Source: Micavibrio sp. (GTDB lineage: Bacteria > Pseudomonadota > Alphaproteobacteria > Micavibrionales > Micavibrionaceae). From it: a stretch of DNA of 64,000 nucleotides. Both the position numbers and the translations under genes were made by a program. The notes under the pieces are model-generated. The model was not told the origin of the DNA. It worked only from the letters and a program-made list of their open reading frames with translations, and made no database searches. Below, piece by piece: positions 18,675 through 28,768 of this stretch (the stretch's first letter is position 1; each line of letters starts with the position of its first letter). Location: positions 2,496 through 66,495 of the forward strand of contig JALTAZ010000010.1 in assembly GCA_027075555.1 (NCBI GenBank), in the 5' to 3' direction.

Positions 18675-20378
18675 TCAAACATTTTCTCTATACTTCTTAA
18701 CTTCATCAGGGGTGATACAAACCCAGCTATCCAGATGATCTTGGAATGATAATTCCCCAGATGTTTTTGTTTCTGATAATGCTTTACTATAGGTTTGGCG
18801 AATTTCTTGTTTCATAGATTCGCTAAAGCTTTGCTCTGTACGTAAGATCAGATCAAGCCTCCCGATATTTTCTGATATTCTGGCAAACGTACCATCAAGC
18901 TGTATTTTGCCCATTTGGCTTAAGTATAAATCCATTATAAAGCGAACTTTTTTACCCACACCTTGTGGGTTAGAGCTATGATCATTATTTTCTTTGCAGT
19001 AATACAACACTATTTTATATATTTCATTTTGCCAAGCAAGAGGTAGAGAAAGGGCTTTCCAGTCTCCTGAAATACTATCAGAATTCAAACGCGCCAATCC
19101 TAACATTTCTTGACCTAAGCGACCTAAAATATCAGATTTTCCCGCGCGTTTAAGAGCGTTAACTACCTTATCGCCAAGCCAGCCTTGAATATCACCAGAA
19201 CGCATAGCAGCAATGAAAAATAAAATAGTTGCACCCATTTGCAAAGGAGCAGCAGAATTAGGAATCACATTATTAAATATTAGCGCAGCTTGTGGGTTTG
19301 TTTGAGTTAATGCTTGTTCTATCTCTTGAAATATTGACCAAGATTGCGGCGTTAGGTAATAAGACGGAGTTAATGGGGGCGGTAGCGCGGATTGTGGTTC
19401 TGACTTAATAATATTTATAGATAGTTTTGAGCCAACAGGAATATCTTCTATTGGCACTTGGAGAGCGTAATTTTGCCCTGCTAGACTATCAGGAGCCAAA
19501 ATGCGCAAAACTGCAAAATTTTTATTTTGTGTAAAACCCTGTAAAACCGCGCTGGTTTCCCCTATTTTTGTACTAAGAAGGGTGAACTCTTTTGGTGTGT
19601 TTGGATAAATAGATAGATTGGGCAAGGTGATCTTCTCTATGTTTATGGTCGATATTCTAATGGGGCTTGGCTGATTTTTATTTGTTATTGGCTCTTGCAA
19701 TGGTGATGATATTATTTGCGATGCTATCTCACGAAATGGAATATCAATTTGTTTTCCAAACTGGCTTAAACTTTGTTTTTTTTTATCTGTCGGTGGGCTA
19801 AGCATGGTGTTTACCGGCATAGCAAAATTATCAATCTTTGATGGTAAGTTTAAGTTAACATCTCCTAACTCACTTACTAATATATTTGGTTGCCATATCT
19901 GTGATATTTGCCCTTGGATTTGTTCTAAGAAGGGCTGAGTTATTTCTAGTGGAGTATTAAGTTTAGTTAAATTTAGCTCTGCCCCATTTATTATTTCATT
20001 AAGTGTTAGAGTTTTAGGTATGCTAAATTGTGGTAACAATGTTTGAGTTCGTAGCGACTCAGCTTCTTTGGCTATTGGTTGTAATATAGCTTGTAGTGGC
20101 GGATTTCCAGCATCAATACGTATCTCTATTGGCGCGCCATTTTCAAGGCGAATGGTTGTTTGATTGGTTCTTATAATAATTTGTCCCTGACTGGTTCTGA
20201 TTGTTATATTGCCGTTATTTTCTACATTTATAATTTTCCCGCGTAAGTTTTGGGGGCTTTCTAATGATTTTAGGTTTTGCGGAAGAGTTACTATCTCAAA
20301 TTTTGAACTGGCAGATGAACGAGCGTTTGCTACTATTGTCTGAGTTAATAATGATGTGATAGAGGTTGGATCACTCAT
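18675..20378 (-). CDS. FliK-like (hook-length control-like) protein
   Basis: Long P/Q/S-rich region. C-terminal RFIMDLYLSQMGKIQLDG...LDLILRTE resembles the FliK C-terminal domain. Lies downstream of flhFG. Confidence 0.5.
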   Translation of the reverse strand: MSDPTSITSLLTQTIVANARSSASSKFEIVTLPQNLKSLESPQNLRGKIINVENNGNITIRTSQGQIIIRTNQTTIRLENGAPIEIRIDAGNPPLQAILQPIAKEAESLRTQTLLPQFSIPKTLTLNEIINGAELNLTKLNTPLEITQPFLEQIQGQISQIWQPNILVSELGDVNLNLPSKIDNFAMPVNTMLSPPTDKKKQSLSQFGKQIDIPFREIASQIISSPLQEPITNKNQPSPIRISTINIEKITLPNLSIYPNTPKEFTLLSTKIGETSAVLQGFTQNKNFAVLRILAPDSLAGQNYALQVPIEDIPVGSKLSINIIKSEPQSALPPPLTPSYYLTPQSWSIFQEIEQALTQTNPQAALIFNNVIPNSAAPLQMGATILFFIAAMRSGDIQGWLGDKVVNALKRAGKSDILGRLGQEMLGLARLNSDSISGDWKALSLPLAWQNEIYKIVLYYCKENNDHSSNPQGVGKKVRFIMDLYLSQMGKIQLDGTFARISENIGRLDLILRTEQSFSESMKQEIRQTYSKALSETKTSGELSFQDHLDSWVCITPDEVKKYRENV

Positions 20379-20452
20379 ATTTTTAGTTTAACGTGAAATA
20401 TGCGCAAAAGTGTAGCAATATTTTATCAGGATTTTATCTAAGGCAAAGTTTC

Positions 20453-21286
20453 CTACCCTTGTGCAATTCTTCTTTGTGCATTTTCAACATTTTTCCATAC
20501 ATAGCGCGCAATTTTTTCAACATCTTCAGCAGCATCTGCATTTGGGGATCGTATTAAAATCGGAGTTTGTGATCGTATTGTTTCTTTTACCTTTGAATCT
20601 ACGCGAATTAGTCCTGCCATATTAGGTGATAGGCGCAAGAAATTTTCGCAGGCTTTCAAAAGGGTTTTATATGTCTTTTGCCCTTCGGTTACGCTGGATG
20701 CCATATTAACAACAATGCTTATATTTTTTGACATTCCCGCCGCGTTACCAAGCTTTATGAAAGCATAAGCATCTGTGAGTGATGTTGGTTCATCAGTGGT
20801 AATTAGCAAAGTATTTGTTGCTGTAGCAGATAGCATACGCACAGTTCTATCAACGCCAGCTCCAAGATCGGCTATAACTACATCATATTCAGAGGATAAA
20901 TCCAGTAATTGATCTCGAAGAAGACTCAATCTTTGGCTAGGTAAGGCAGATAGCGAAGCTTGACCAGAACGCCCAGCCACAATATCAAAACCGCCATCTT
21001 CATACTCTTGTACTACGCGATCTAATCCCAAGCGCCCGCGAATAACATCATTAAGGTCACGTTTTGGCATAAGACCAAGTTGAACATCAACATTAGCCAG
21101 CCCTAAATCACCATCAAAAAGTAAAACTCGTTTTCCCATTTTTGTTAGAGCATGGGCGAGAGTAATTGAAAACCAAGTCTTGCCAACACCGCCCTTGCCG
21201 CTGGCTACGGCAATAATATTTGCAGATCTTCCAAAAGTAGGATTTGCAGTTGATGGTGCTTTGTTGGTTACTGGCTTTCCTGTCAT
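20453..21286 (-). CDS. flhG: MinD/ParA-family flagellar number regulator FlhG (FleN)
   Basis: SGKGGVGKT, DGDLGLANVD and EPTSLTDAYA. Coupled to flhF. Confidence 0.9.
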   Translation of the reverse strand: MTGKPVTNKAPSTANPTFGRSANIIAVASGKGGVGKTWFSITLAHALTKMGKRVLLFDGDLGLANVDVQLGLMPKRDLNDVIRGRLGLDRVVQEYEDGGFDIVAGRSGQASLSALPSQRLSLLRDQLLDLSSEYDVVIADLGAGVDRTVRMLSATATNTLLITTDEPTSLTDAYAFIKLGNAAGMSKNISIVVNMASSVTEGQKTYKTLLKACENFLRLSPNMAGLIRVDSKVKETIRSQTPILIRSPNADAAEDVEKIARYVWKNVENAQRRIAQG

Positions 21287-22332
21287 TATCTGGTTCCTGT
21301 TCTTTTGGCAGCTTGTGATTGCAGGCCTTGTTTGCTTACTATATCATTTTTTGAAGATTTATATAGCCGTGGCATTAGTAATTGTGCAAGAGCACTTGGA
21401 GAAAGAGGAATAAGACCTCTTGCAACTTTTGGAGTTGTGCTCACATCTGTAAAGCTAAGATCGCCTTGATGCGCGGCTGATAGCAAACTTCCCAAGCGAC
21501 GTGCAATGTCAACGCGCGTTGGTAATATTTCACTAACCCCAATAGTGGCAAAAACACGCGCCATCTCTCCAGCTTCATCTGCATCAGTTCCAGCGGGCAG
21601 AACCATTACTGGACGAATATCTGTGGCATTTATAAGGCGTGCTAATATTTTTACTTCATTTTTATCAAAAGGATTTAATCCAGATGTATCAATGACCACC
21701 TGATCATGGTCTTTCATTAAATCATCTGCGATATTACCAAGTGATCTATAATCAACGGCCTTTTTAAGTTTTATATTAAGCAGATCGGTAAAGGCTTTTA
21801 ACTGTTCTATACCTCCAGCGCGCACTGTATCAGTAGAAATCACGCCAATGTTAAGGCCATTCATCGCCCCTCTAGCAGCTAGTTTTGCCACAGCTAGTGT
21901 TTTACCGGCTCCTGGAGGACCAACCATCATAATAGGTTTATTAAAGGTTCTTACAGGTAAAGGGCGATAGGAGAATAATTGCTCTAATGTACTAATAAGA
22001 GCAATTTTAATATTATCAAACCCCATAACGGTTGCACAAGAAATCATATTATCCATGACGTCTTCAGGAACGCAATGGCGCAACATTATATCGGTTAGCT
22101 CCTCAGTAATAGCATTGGAATCAAGCTCATCATCATATTGTAGCCAGCTATCACCGCTTGCTATTCCTTCATCACCAATTTCAAACGCAGGCTCTATCGC
22201 CGCTGTAACACGAACATTACCTTTCGCGCGATCTTCACCTGTCGCAACAATAATGGCTTCTTCGCCAAGAGTTTCGCGTATCATTTGCATCGCTTCTGTC
22301 ATTGTACTGGCATGAAATGTCTTTAGCCGCAT
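21286..22332 (-). CDS. flhF: SRP-family GTPase FlhF
   Basis: MRLKTF.A..M.EAM N-terminus, GPPGAGKT, DTVRAGG and DTSG. Confidence 0.9.
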   Translation of the reverse strand: MRLKTFHASTMTEAMQMIRETLGEEAIIVATGEDRAKGNVRVTAAIEPAFEIGDEGIASGDSWLQYDDELDSNAITEELTDIMLRHCVPEDVMDNMISCATVMGFDNIKIALISTLEQLFSYRPLPVRTFNKPIMMVGPPGAGKTLAVAKLAARGAMNGLNIGVISTDTVRAGGIEQLKAFTDLLNIKLKKAVDYRSLGNIADDLMKDHDQVVIDTSGLNPFDKNEVKILARLINATDIRPVMVLPAGTDADEAGEMARVFATIGVSEILPTRVDIARRLGSLLSAAHQGDLSFTDVSTTPKVARGLIPLSPSALAQLLMPRLYKSSKNDIVSKQGLQSQAAKRTGTR

Positions 22333-22454
22333 GGGAAAGTTTACCCGAATCAAACTAATTATATGGTTTCCATTAATTATATACTAGAGCATAAGCATAA
22401 AAAAATGCTACAGTCTTTTGAAATTTGTATAAATAATATTTTTAGGAGAATATA

Positions 22455-23075
22455 TTGTCTTATAATAACTTGTTTTTGAAACCTTATACACGGTTTTTGG
22501 TGATTGGGCTATCTGCTATTTCTTTGGGATATAACATGTCAGCTAAAGCTGGTGATGAAATAGAGCAAGTTGTAGAAATAAAAGATTTACCAAGTGGTAA
22601 GGGTCAGACTATTGAAAAATTAACACAAGATCTTATTAAGGATTTTTATAAGAAAGCAGAGTTAGCTTCATTAGAAGGTGGTAAGACTATATTGAAATTT
22701 TTGGATAAACATACCGCCGAAGACGCAAAAACCAAACTTCATATGCGAACTGTTATGCCTAACAAGCCGCCAGAAAAAAGCGTAGTTATATCTGATAAAA
22801 CTACTATGCTTGCAGATACAAAATCAGCATATGAAAGGGGTAGCGTTGATAACATGAAAACTGAGGTTATATCAGTTAATATTTCAGATGATGGTAAATC
22901 TGCATCAGTAGTAGAAAGAACTGTTTCTGATTATTCGTTAACATTACCAGAAGATCAGAAAGTAAAAATAAGAAGCGATCAGAGCTGCGATACTTCTATC
23001 ATACTAAATGATGGTATTATTCAAAGCGGTAATTCTGAATGTGACGTTGAGGTTAATATTGAGCCGGTGAAATAG
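22455..23075 (+). CDS. putative secreted NTF2/SnoaL-like protein, paralog 1
   Basis: Signal-like N-terminus (…SAKA). LTQDLIKDFY, FLDKH, ISDDGKSASV and C-x17-C. Confidence 0.6.
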   Translation: MSYNNLFLKPYTRFLVIGLSAISLGYNMSAKAGDEIEQVVEIKDLPSGKGQTIEKLTQDLIKDFYKKAELASLEGGKTILKFLDKHTAEDAKTKLHMRTVMPNKPPEKSVVISDKTTMLADTKSAYERGSVDNMKTEVISVNISDDGKSASVVERTVSDYSLTLPEDQKVKIRSDQSCDTSIILNDGIIQSGNSECDVEVNIEPVK

Positions 23076-23654
23076 ATGATGAAGTGTTTTACTATTAAGT
23101 TTAATTTATTGTTGTTAATGGTATTTATTGCCGCAGGTAGCACACATTTTTTGTATTTAAAATCGGCTATGGCTGGTTTTGATATTTTAACAGATAATAA
23201 AATTAAATCTTTCTACGATGATTATATTTCTATTCAAACGGGTAATCCAGATAAGGCTATATCATTTTTGAAAGAGCATCTTAGCGATGATTTCAACATG
23301 TCTGTTAATGTCATAAGTAAAATTGAAGGTTCTCCACAACAAGAGCAAATAGTGAATTTTAATAAGGAAAAGATGTTAGAGGAAACTAAAAGGGGTATGG
23401 AGGTTATTAAAACAAGTTCTGTAGATTATAAGATAAAATCTATTGATATAAGCGACGATGGCAAGGTCGCAAAGGTTATAGATAGTCGATCCCTTGATAT
23501 TGAGCTATCTATAGGAAGTTATGGTATGCCTACAAAGTTTATAGGTAATCGTTTTATGATTTGTAATACAACTTTATATTTAAATAGTAATGGTAGCATC
23601 ATGATTAAGGATAGCACTTGCAATTCCAAAGATAACATAAGATCCGCAGAATAA
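23076..23654 (+). CDS. putative secreted NTF2/SnoaL-like protein, paralog 2
   Basis: Signal-like N-terminus (…SAMA). LTDNKIKSFY, FLKEH, ISDDGKVAKV and C-x18-C. Confidence 0.6.
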   Translation: MMKCFTIKFNLLLLMVFIAAGSTHFLYLKSAMAGFDILTDNKIKSFYDDYISIQTGNPDKAISFLKEHLSDDFNMSVNVISKIEGSPQQEQIVNFNKEKMLEETKRGMEVIKTSSVDYKIKSIDISDDGKVAKVIDSRSLDIELSIGSYGMPTKFIGNRFMICNTTLYLNSNGSIMIKDSTCNSKDNIRSAE

Positions 23655-23684
23655 TTATTATTATACACACAGAGTTTAATTTCC

Positions 23685-24224
23685 ATGTACAATTTTAAAT
23701 TTATTATTTACTTGATTTTATTAACATTTTCCCTGTTCCCCATATATGCTTATTCAAGTGATAAGGTCTTAAATGAGAAAACTATTAAGAATTTTTATAA
23801 AGACCTTGTTGAGGCTAAGATTTCTGGGGGAGAGTATTTAATTTATTTTCATGGAAAGCATTATAGCGATGATTTGAAAATGATATTGAATCTAAGAAGG
23901 AAAGTTGGTGGTGATGAAATGTCTAGGGTTTTTCTAGATCATGATAAGGAAAGCTTTATGGAGGCCATAAAGGAAAACTCTAAAATTTTAGATCATAAAA
24001 ATGGAAGATATGATATTGTAAGCATTTCGATGAATGAAAACGATAACAGTGCGGAAGTTCATGTTAGGTTAGTTAGTCAGTTTATTGTTCAAACTGATAG
24101 GCTTGCTCCTAGAAAGTCAGCAATTGAAGCAATGGATTGTAAGGATATAATAACATTGTCTAATTATGGTGTTATACAAATTAAATCTTCGCAATGTGAT
24201 GTAAATGTTTCCATGGATAAATAG
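23685..24224 (+). CDS. putative secreted NTF2/SnoaL-like protein, paralog 3
   Basis: Signal peptide (…AYS). LNEKTIKNFY, FHGKH, SISMNENDNSAEV and C-x18-C. Confidence 0.6.
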   Translation: MYNFKFIIYLILLTFSLFPIYAYSSDKVLNEKTIKNFYKDLVEAKISGGEYLIYFHGKHYSDDLKMILNLRRKVGGDEMSRVFLDHDKESFMEAIKENSKILDHKNGRYDIVSISMNENDNSAEVHVRLVSQFIVQTDRLAPRKSAIEAMDCKDIITLSNYGVIQIKSSQCDVNVSMDK

Positions 24225-24254
24225 GAAAAAAATCAAAAGTTAATAATAAAAAAA

Positions 24255-26375
24255 TTAAATTTGTCCCATAGTTTTTATTTTTGCTTTGGGGTGGATTTCA
24301 TTTTGAGACATTACGACAGTTTGAGGGCGGAATCTCTCAATAACAGAGCGAACATAAGGGCGTATCATTGGTGATGTTAATAAAACAGGTGTAATTCCTT
24401 GGGCAGCTAGCGAATCATATTGTTCACGTACAGCAGTTATAAAATCCTGTAATTTAGTTGGAGGCATGGCAAGTTGTTTATCCTCACCATCTCCAACTAG
24501 AGCGTCCATAAAGGCTTGCTCCCATTCAGGCGACAGTGTTAATAATATTAAAACGCCTGATTGGTCAGTATTTGCATCGCAAATTTGCCTAGCTAGCCTA
24601 GACCTAACATGTTCAGTGATTTTTGCTATACTCTTAGTGTAGGCAGATGCCTCTGATATTCCTTCTAATATAGTGGCTAAATCTCTAACAGAAACACGTT
24701 CAGCCAAAAGATTTTGTAATATACGTTGTAAACCGCCAACAGTTATTTGTGCAGGTATAACATCGGCAACAAGCTTTTGGTATTCTTGAGGCAACTCATT
24801 AAGGAGCTTTTGTGTTTCTGCATAATTAAGCAGGTCAGGCATATTATCTTTAATTATTTCGGTAATATGAGTTGTAATAACAGTTGGTGCATCAACAACT
24901 GTATATCCTTTAAAATGTGCTTCTTCACGGTATTGTTCTTGTATCCACATAGCGGGCAGACCAAAGGTTGGTTCAACGGTGTTTTCACCGGGCAATGATA
25001 TAGTTGCGCCATTAGGATCCATGCACATAAGCATATTAGGACGCACCTCACCACGACCTGCTTCAATCTCTTTTATGCTTACGACATATGCATTTGCGGC
25101 AAGTTGTAGATTATCTTGTATCCTAACTGCGGGTAGAACATATCCCATATCTTCTGCTAGTTGACGGCGTAGCCCCTTAATTTGATCAGTTAGTTTATTC
25201 CCGCCATCTCCTTGAACCAGAGGGAGTAGTCCATATCCCAGCTCTAGGCGAATTATATCCATGGCTAATGCATTTGATATTGGCTCTTCTGCGATTGGTG
25301 CTCCTGCTCCTTTTTCTCCTGAAACTTGAGCGTCTTTCGCGGTTAGTTTTTCTTCCTTTCTTTCGTTGTTTTTTTGATAGGCAAAATATGACAAGCTGCC
25401 AGTTATTGCGGAAATAATAGCAAAGGGTATAAATGGCATCGCAGGGACAAGGCCAAGTATAAGCATTAGGACAGAGCTCATGGCCAATGCATTAGGGTAG
25501 CGGCTTACTTGTATGAATAACTCTTGTTCGGCAGAGCCCTCAACCCCAGCTTTGGAAACTAAAAGACCCGCAGATACAGAAACAACAAGTGCAGGAATTT
25601 GACTTACAAGACCGTCTCCAATTGTAAGTATTGTATAATTGGCTGCGGCCTCGGCTAGGGTCATATCTTGCATGACTGTACCAATTACAATACCGCCAAT
25701 GATATTAACAAAAACAATCAAAAGCCCAGCTATGGCATCGCCACGAACAAATTTGGCTGCACCGTCCATGGCTCCGTAGAAAGTGCTTTCAGATTCTAGT
25801 TTTTTACGTTTTTCTCTAGCCTCATCTTCGGTAATCATGCCCGCGGATAAGTCGCTATCAATTGCCATTTGTTTTCCTGGCATAGCATCTAAGGTAAAGC
25901 GGGCAGCTACTTCCGCAATACGACCTGAACCTTTTGTGATAACGATAAAGTTGATAATTACAAGAATTGAAAAAACAATAGCCCCTATGACATAGTTGTT
26001 CCCAATAATAAATGTTCCAAAGGCTTCGATAATTCCCCCTGCAGCATCGCGACCTGTGTGACCGTCTTCTAAAATAAGACGTGTAGATGCTATATTTAGC
26101 CCCAATCTCATAGATGTTGCGACTAGCAATACGGTTGGGAATGTTGAAAATTCCAACGGAGTTTGGATAAATAATACGGTCATTAAAATTATTATTGAAA
26201 AAGTAATTGATATTGCTAGGCCTGCATCAAGCATGAATGGGGGCATGGGAACTAGCATAAATAAGATGATTGCAATAATGCCAAAAGCAAAAATTATGTC
26301 ACTACGGAAAAATGCTCCTAAGCTAGGAAGAGAATCCGAGGAGCTACTTTTTGTCTGTAATGCATTATCGGTCAT
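24255..26375 (-). CDS. flhA: flagellar export apparatus protein FlhA
   Basis: ITKGSGRIAEVAARFTLDAMPGKQMAID and FYGAMDGAAKFVRGDA. Confidence 0.96.
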   Translation of the reverse strand: MTDNALQTKSSSSDSLPSLGAFFRSDIIFAFGIIAIILFMLVPMPPFMLDAGLAISITFSIIILMTVLFIQTPLEFSTFPTVLLVATSMRLGLNIASTRLILEDGHTGRDAAGGIIEAFGTFIIGNNYVIGAIVFSILVIINFIVITKGSGRIAEVAARFTLDAMPGKQMAIDSDLSAGMITEDEAREKRKKLESESTFYGAMDGAAKFVRGDAIAGLLIVFVNIIGGIVIGTVMQDMTLAEAAANYTILTIGDGLVSQIPALVVSVSAGLLVSKAGVEGSAEQELFIQVSRYPNALAMSSVLMLILGLVPAMPFIPFAIISAITGSLSYFAYQKNNERKEEKLTAKDAQVSGEKGAGAPIAEEPISNALAMDIIRLELGYGLLPLVQGDGGNKLTDQIKGLRRQLAEDMGYVLPAVRIQDNLQLAANAYVVSIKEIEAGRGEVRPNMLMCMDPNGATISLPGENTVEPTFGLPAMWIQEQYREEAHFKGYTVVDAPTVITTHITEIIKDNMPDLLNYAETQKLLNELPQEYQKLVADVIPAQITVGGLQRILQNLLAERVSVRDLATILEGISEASAYTKSIAKITEHVRSRLARQICDANTDQSGVLILLTLSPEWEQAFMDALVGDGEDKQLAMPPTKLQDFITAVREQYDSLAAQGITPVLLTSPMIRPYVRSVIERFRPQTVVMSQNEIHPKAKIKTMGQI

Positions 26376-26591
26376 TAAATTACCCGTAAGGCAGAAAGCC
26401 TAGAAAATTAGAACAACAAAAACACGCCTGTGTTTGAAACACAAACCAGCTATAATACTACCTCCGCATAAATAAACATGCAAACGTTTAGACTGTTTTA
26501 ATAAATAAAAAAGAAAGATATAATCTTTGAATTTATTTTATATATTAAGGACATATACATACATGTATATATAATATATACGCTGCAAGTC

Positions 26592-27239
26592 TTATCCTAG
26601 ATCGTTATTGTCACCAATAAATATAGGAGCTTCAGGAACTTCTGTATAGGCTTGCGTTTTTGCCATATCAGGGCGCTGAAGATCAATTTCCTTGCCAGAG
26701 TGATCAACCAATACAACATTATGTTCTTTTACTGTATCGGCATTTGGCGCATATGAAAGACCTCCATCTTGAGCCGCTTTTTGAATAGCTTCTTGTCTTT
26801 TATCATCAGGCGTTGAAATAAAAATCAATAGCGCATCTTTTTGGCTAGAGCTAAGATTATCATAAGCATCAACATCGGCGCCTAGTTCTTTTTTCAAGGC
26901 TTTTTCATGCTGTTTTTTTTCTGCTGAGCTTACATCTTTAAGGTATCCACCTTTAACTAGCTTTTGTGAAAAATCAGCGATAATAGCAACAGTTTCATCA
27001 TTAGTTACAACACCATCTTTTTCTTTTGCGTCACTAATATTCATGCCAAACTGTTTTTCAAACATAGGCCCTTGATTAGGATCATTAAGCATAGCTGTTA
27101 TCTCAGCAAGCTCACTGCCGTAATTACCATAATTGTCTTTTCTTTGATTTTGTTTTGTTCCAGTATCTATAAGACTTTCAGCGCCTTTTGCAAAATCTTT
27201 CATAGTCGGAATCTTGTCTGTAAAGCTATCCCAGCCCAT
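26592..27239 (-). CDS. hypothetical protein
   Basis: 215-aa hydrophilic ORF with a GAAGGA SD-like sequence. No recognisable motif. Confidence 0.6.
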   Translation of the reverse strand: MGWDSFTDKIPTMKDFAKGAESLIDTGTKQNQRKDNYGNYGSELAEITAMLNDPNQGPMFEKQFGMNISDAKEKDGVVTNDETVAIIADFSQKLVKGGYLKDVSSAEKKQHEKALKKELGADVDAYDNLSSSQKDALLIFISTPDDKRQEAIQKAAQDGGLSYAPNADTVKEHNVVLVDHSGKEIDLQRPDMAKTQAYTEVPEAPIFIGDNNDLG

Positions 27240-27311
27240 AATTATTTATCCTTCACTAACAATATTTTATTTAAGCATTATATATCGTTTTACGCAAATG
27301 TAATACAAAAA

Positions 27312-28685
27312 TCAACTTTGCCCTGCGGCAGGAATGTTTATACCATCATTTTTATACTGGTTTAATTTGTTACGCAAAGTTCGAATAGATATTCCTAATA
27401 TATTAGCTGCGTGTGTACGATTTCCTAAGCATTGATCCAATGTGTTTAGAATCATCTCTCTTTCTACATCTGAAATTTTTCTTCCAATAAAAGACTCAAC
27501 GCCACTTGTATTTTGTATATTCGTATCTTGTTTTTCCCCACTAGTTCTATTTTGAGAATTTGTCAAAGGAGAAGGGGCGCTAATTTCATCGCCTTGAATA
27601 AATATAGCACCAGCTTCTATCTCATTTTCATTAGACATCAATATTGCGCGATGCATTGTGTTTTCAAGTTCACGAATATTACCACGCCATTTGCATGATT
27701 TAAGTTTTTCTTGCGCTTCTTTTGATATTGATTTGCGTTCTAAATCATTAGATTCAGAGAATTTATCAGCAAAAAATTGTGCTAATCTAACTATGTCAGA
27801 GGGGCGTTCTCGCAACGGGGGGAGGGGTATGTTAACCACGTTAAGTCGGAAATATAAATCCTCACGAAAATCCCCTTTTTTAACAGATTCTTGTAAATTT
27901 CTGTTAGATGTGGCTAGAATGCGAACATCTACTTTAATGGTGTTATTACCACCTATACGGGTTATTTCTTTTTCTTGTATTGCCCGTAATAGCTTGGCTT
28001 GCAGTAGTGGGTGCATTTCACTAACCTCATCAAGGAGTATAGTTCCACCACTAGCTTCTTCAAATTTTCCAATTCTTCGTCCTGTAGCACCCGTAAACGC
28101 CCCTTTTTCATGTCCAAATAATTCAGATTCCAACAAGTTTTCAGGAATAGCTGCGCAGTTAACAGCAATAAATGCCCCATCTTTACGTTTTGATTTGTTG
28201 TGAATATAACGTGACATAACCTCCTTGCCTGTACCTGATTCACCAGTTATCATAATAGTGGCATCAGATGGAGCAACTTTATTAGCCAAGGTTATGATAG
28301 GCTTCATTGCAGGATCATCAGCAATCATAGAGTTATTTTCTTCTGTAACAGCTTCTAAAACAGCAGCTATTAATTCTGCATCGGGGGGCAATGGTATATA
28401 TTCTTTTGCTCCTTGTTGAATTGCTTTTACAGCTGATCTCGCATCGGTACTAACCCCACAAGCAATTACAGGAAGATGTATACGTTCTGTTTTTAGGCGT
28501 TCGATAAATTCACTAATTTTTTGTTTGACATCAATCATAACAAGATCAGCGCTCTTACCATTTAGTAACGCGCCAAATGCTTGATCCGTATCTTCACAAT
28601 GAATAACCTTAGCTCCGCGCTGTAAGGCTATTTTTCCAGCTTCAGAGATATGCCCATTTAGGCTACCAATAATCATTAAACGCAT
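27312..28685 (-). CDS. flbD: sigma54-dependent flagellar activator FlbD
   Basis: Receiver domain, GESGTGKE, GAFTGA and a C-terminal Fis-type HTH (NRTHAANILGISIRTLRNKL). Start set at MRLMII. Confidence 0.9.
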   Translation of the reverse strand: MRLMIIGSLNGHISEAGKIALQRGAKVIHCEDTDQAFGALLNGKSADLVMIDVKQKISEFIERLKTERIHLPVIACGVSTDARSAVKAIQQGAKEYIPLPPDAELIAAVLEAVTEENNSMIADDPAMKPIITLANKVAPSDATIMITGESGTGKEVMSRYIHNKSKRKDGAFIAVNCAAIPENLLESELFGHEKGAFTGATGRRIGKFEEASGGTILLDEVSEMHPLLQAKLLRAIQEKEITRIGGNNTIKVDVRILATSNRNLQESVKKGDFREDLYFRLNVVNIPLPPLRERPSDIVRLAQFFADKFSESNDLERKSISKEAQEKLKSCKWRGNIRELENTMHRAILMSNENEIEAGAIFIQGDEISAPSPLTNSQNRTSGEKQDTNIQNTSGVESFIGRKISDVEREMILNTLDQCLGNRTHAANILGISIRTLRNKLNQYKNDGINIPAAGQS

Positions 28686-28768
28686 GTTATTTTGCTCCTG
28701 CTGCAAAAGAGTAGAAAAATCTATAATATTTACTATAGAACAACTTTTTCAAGCTATAATATTATCTT

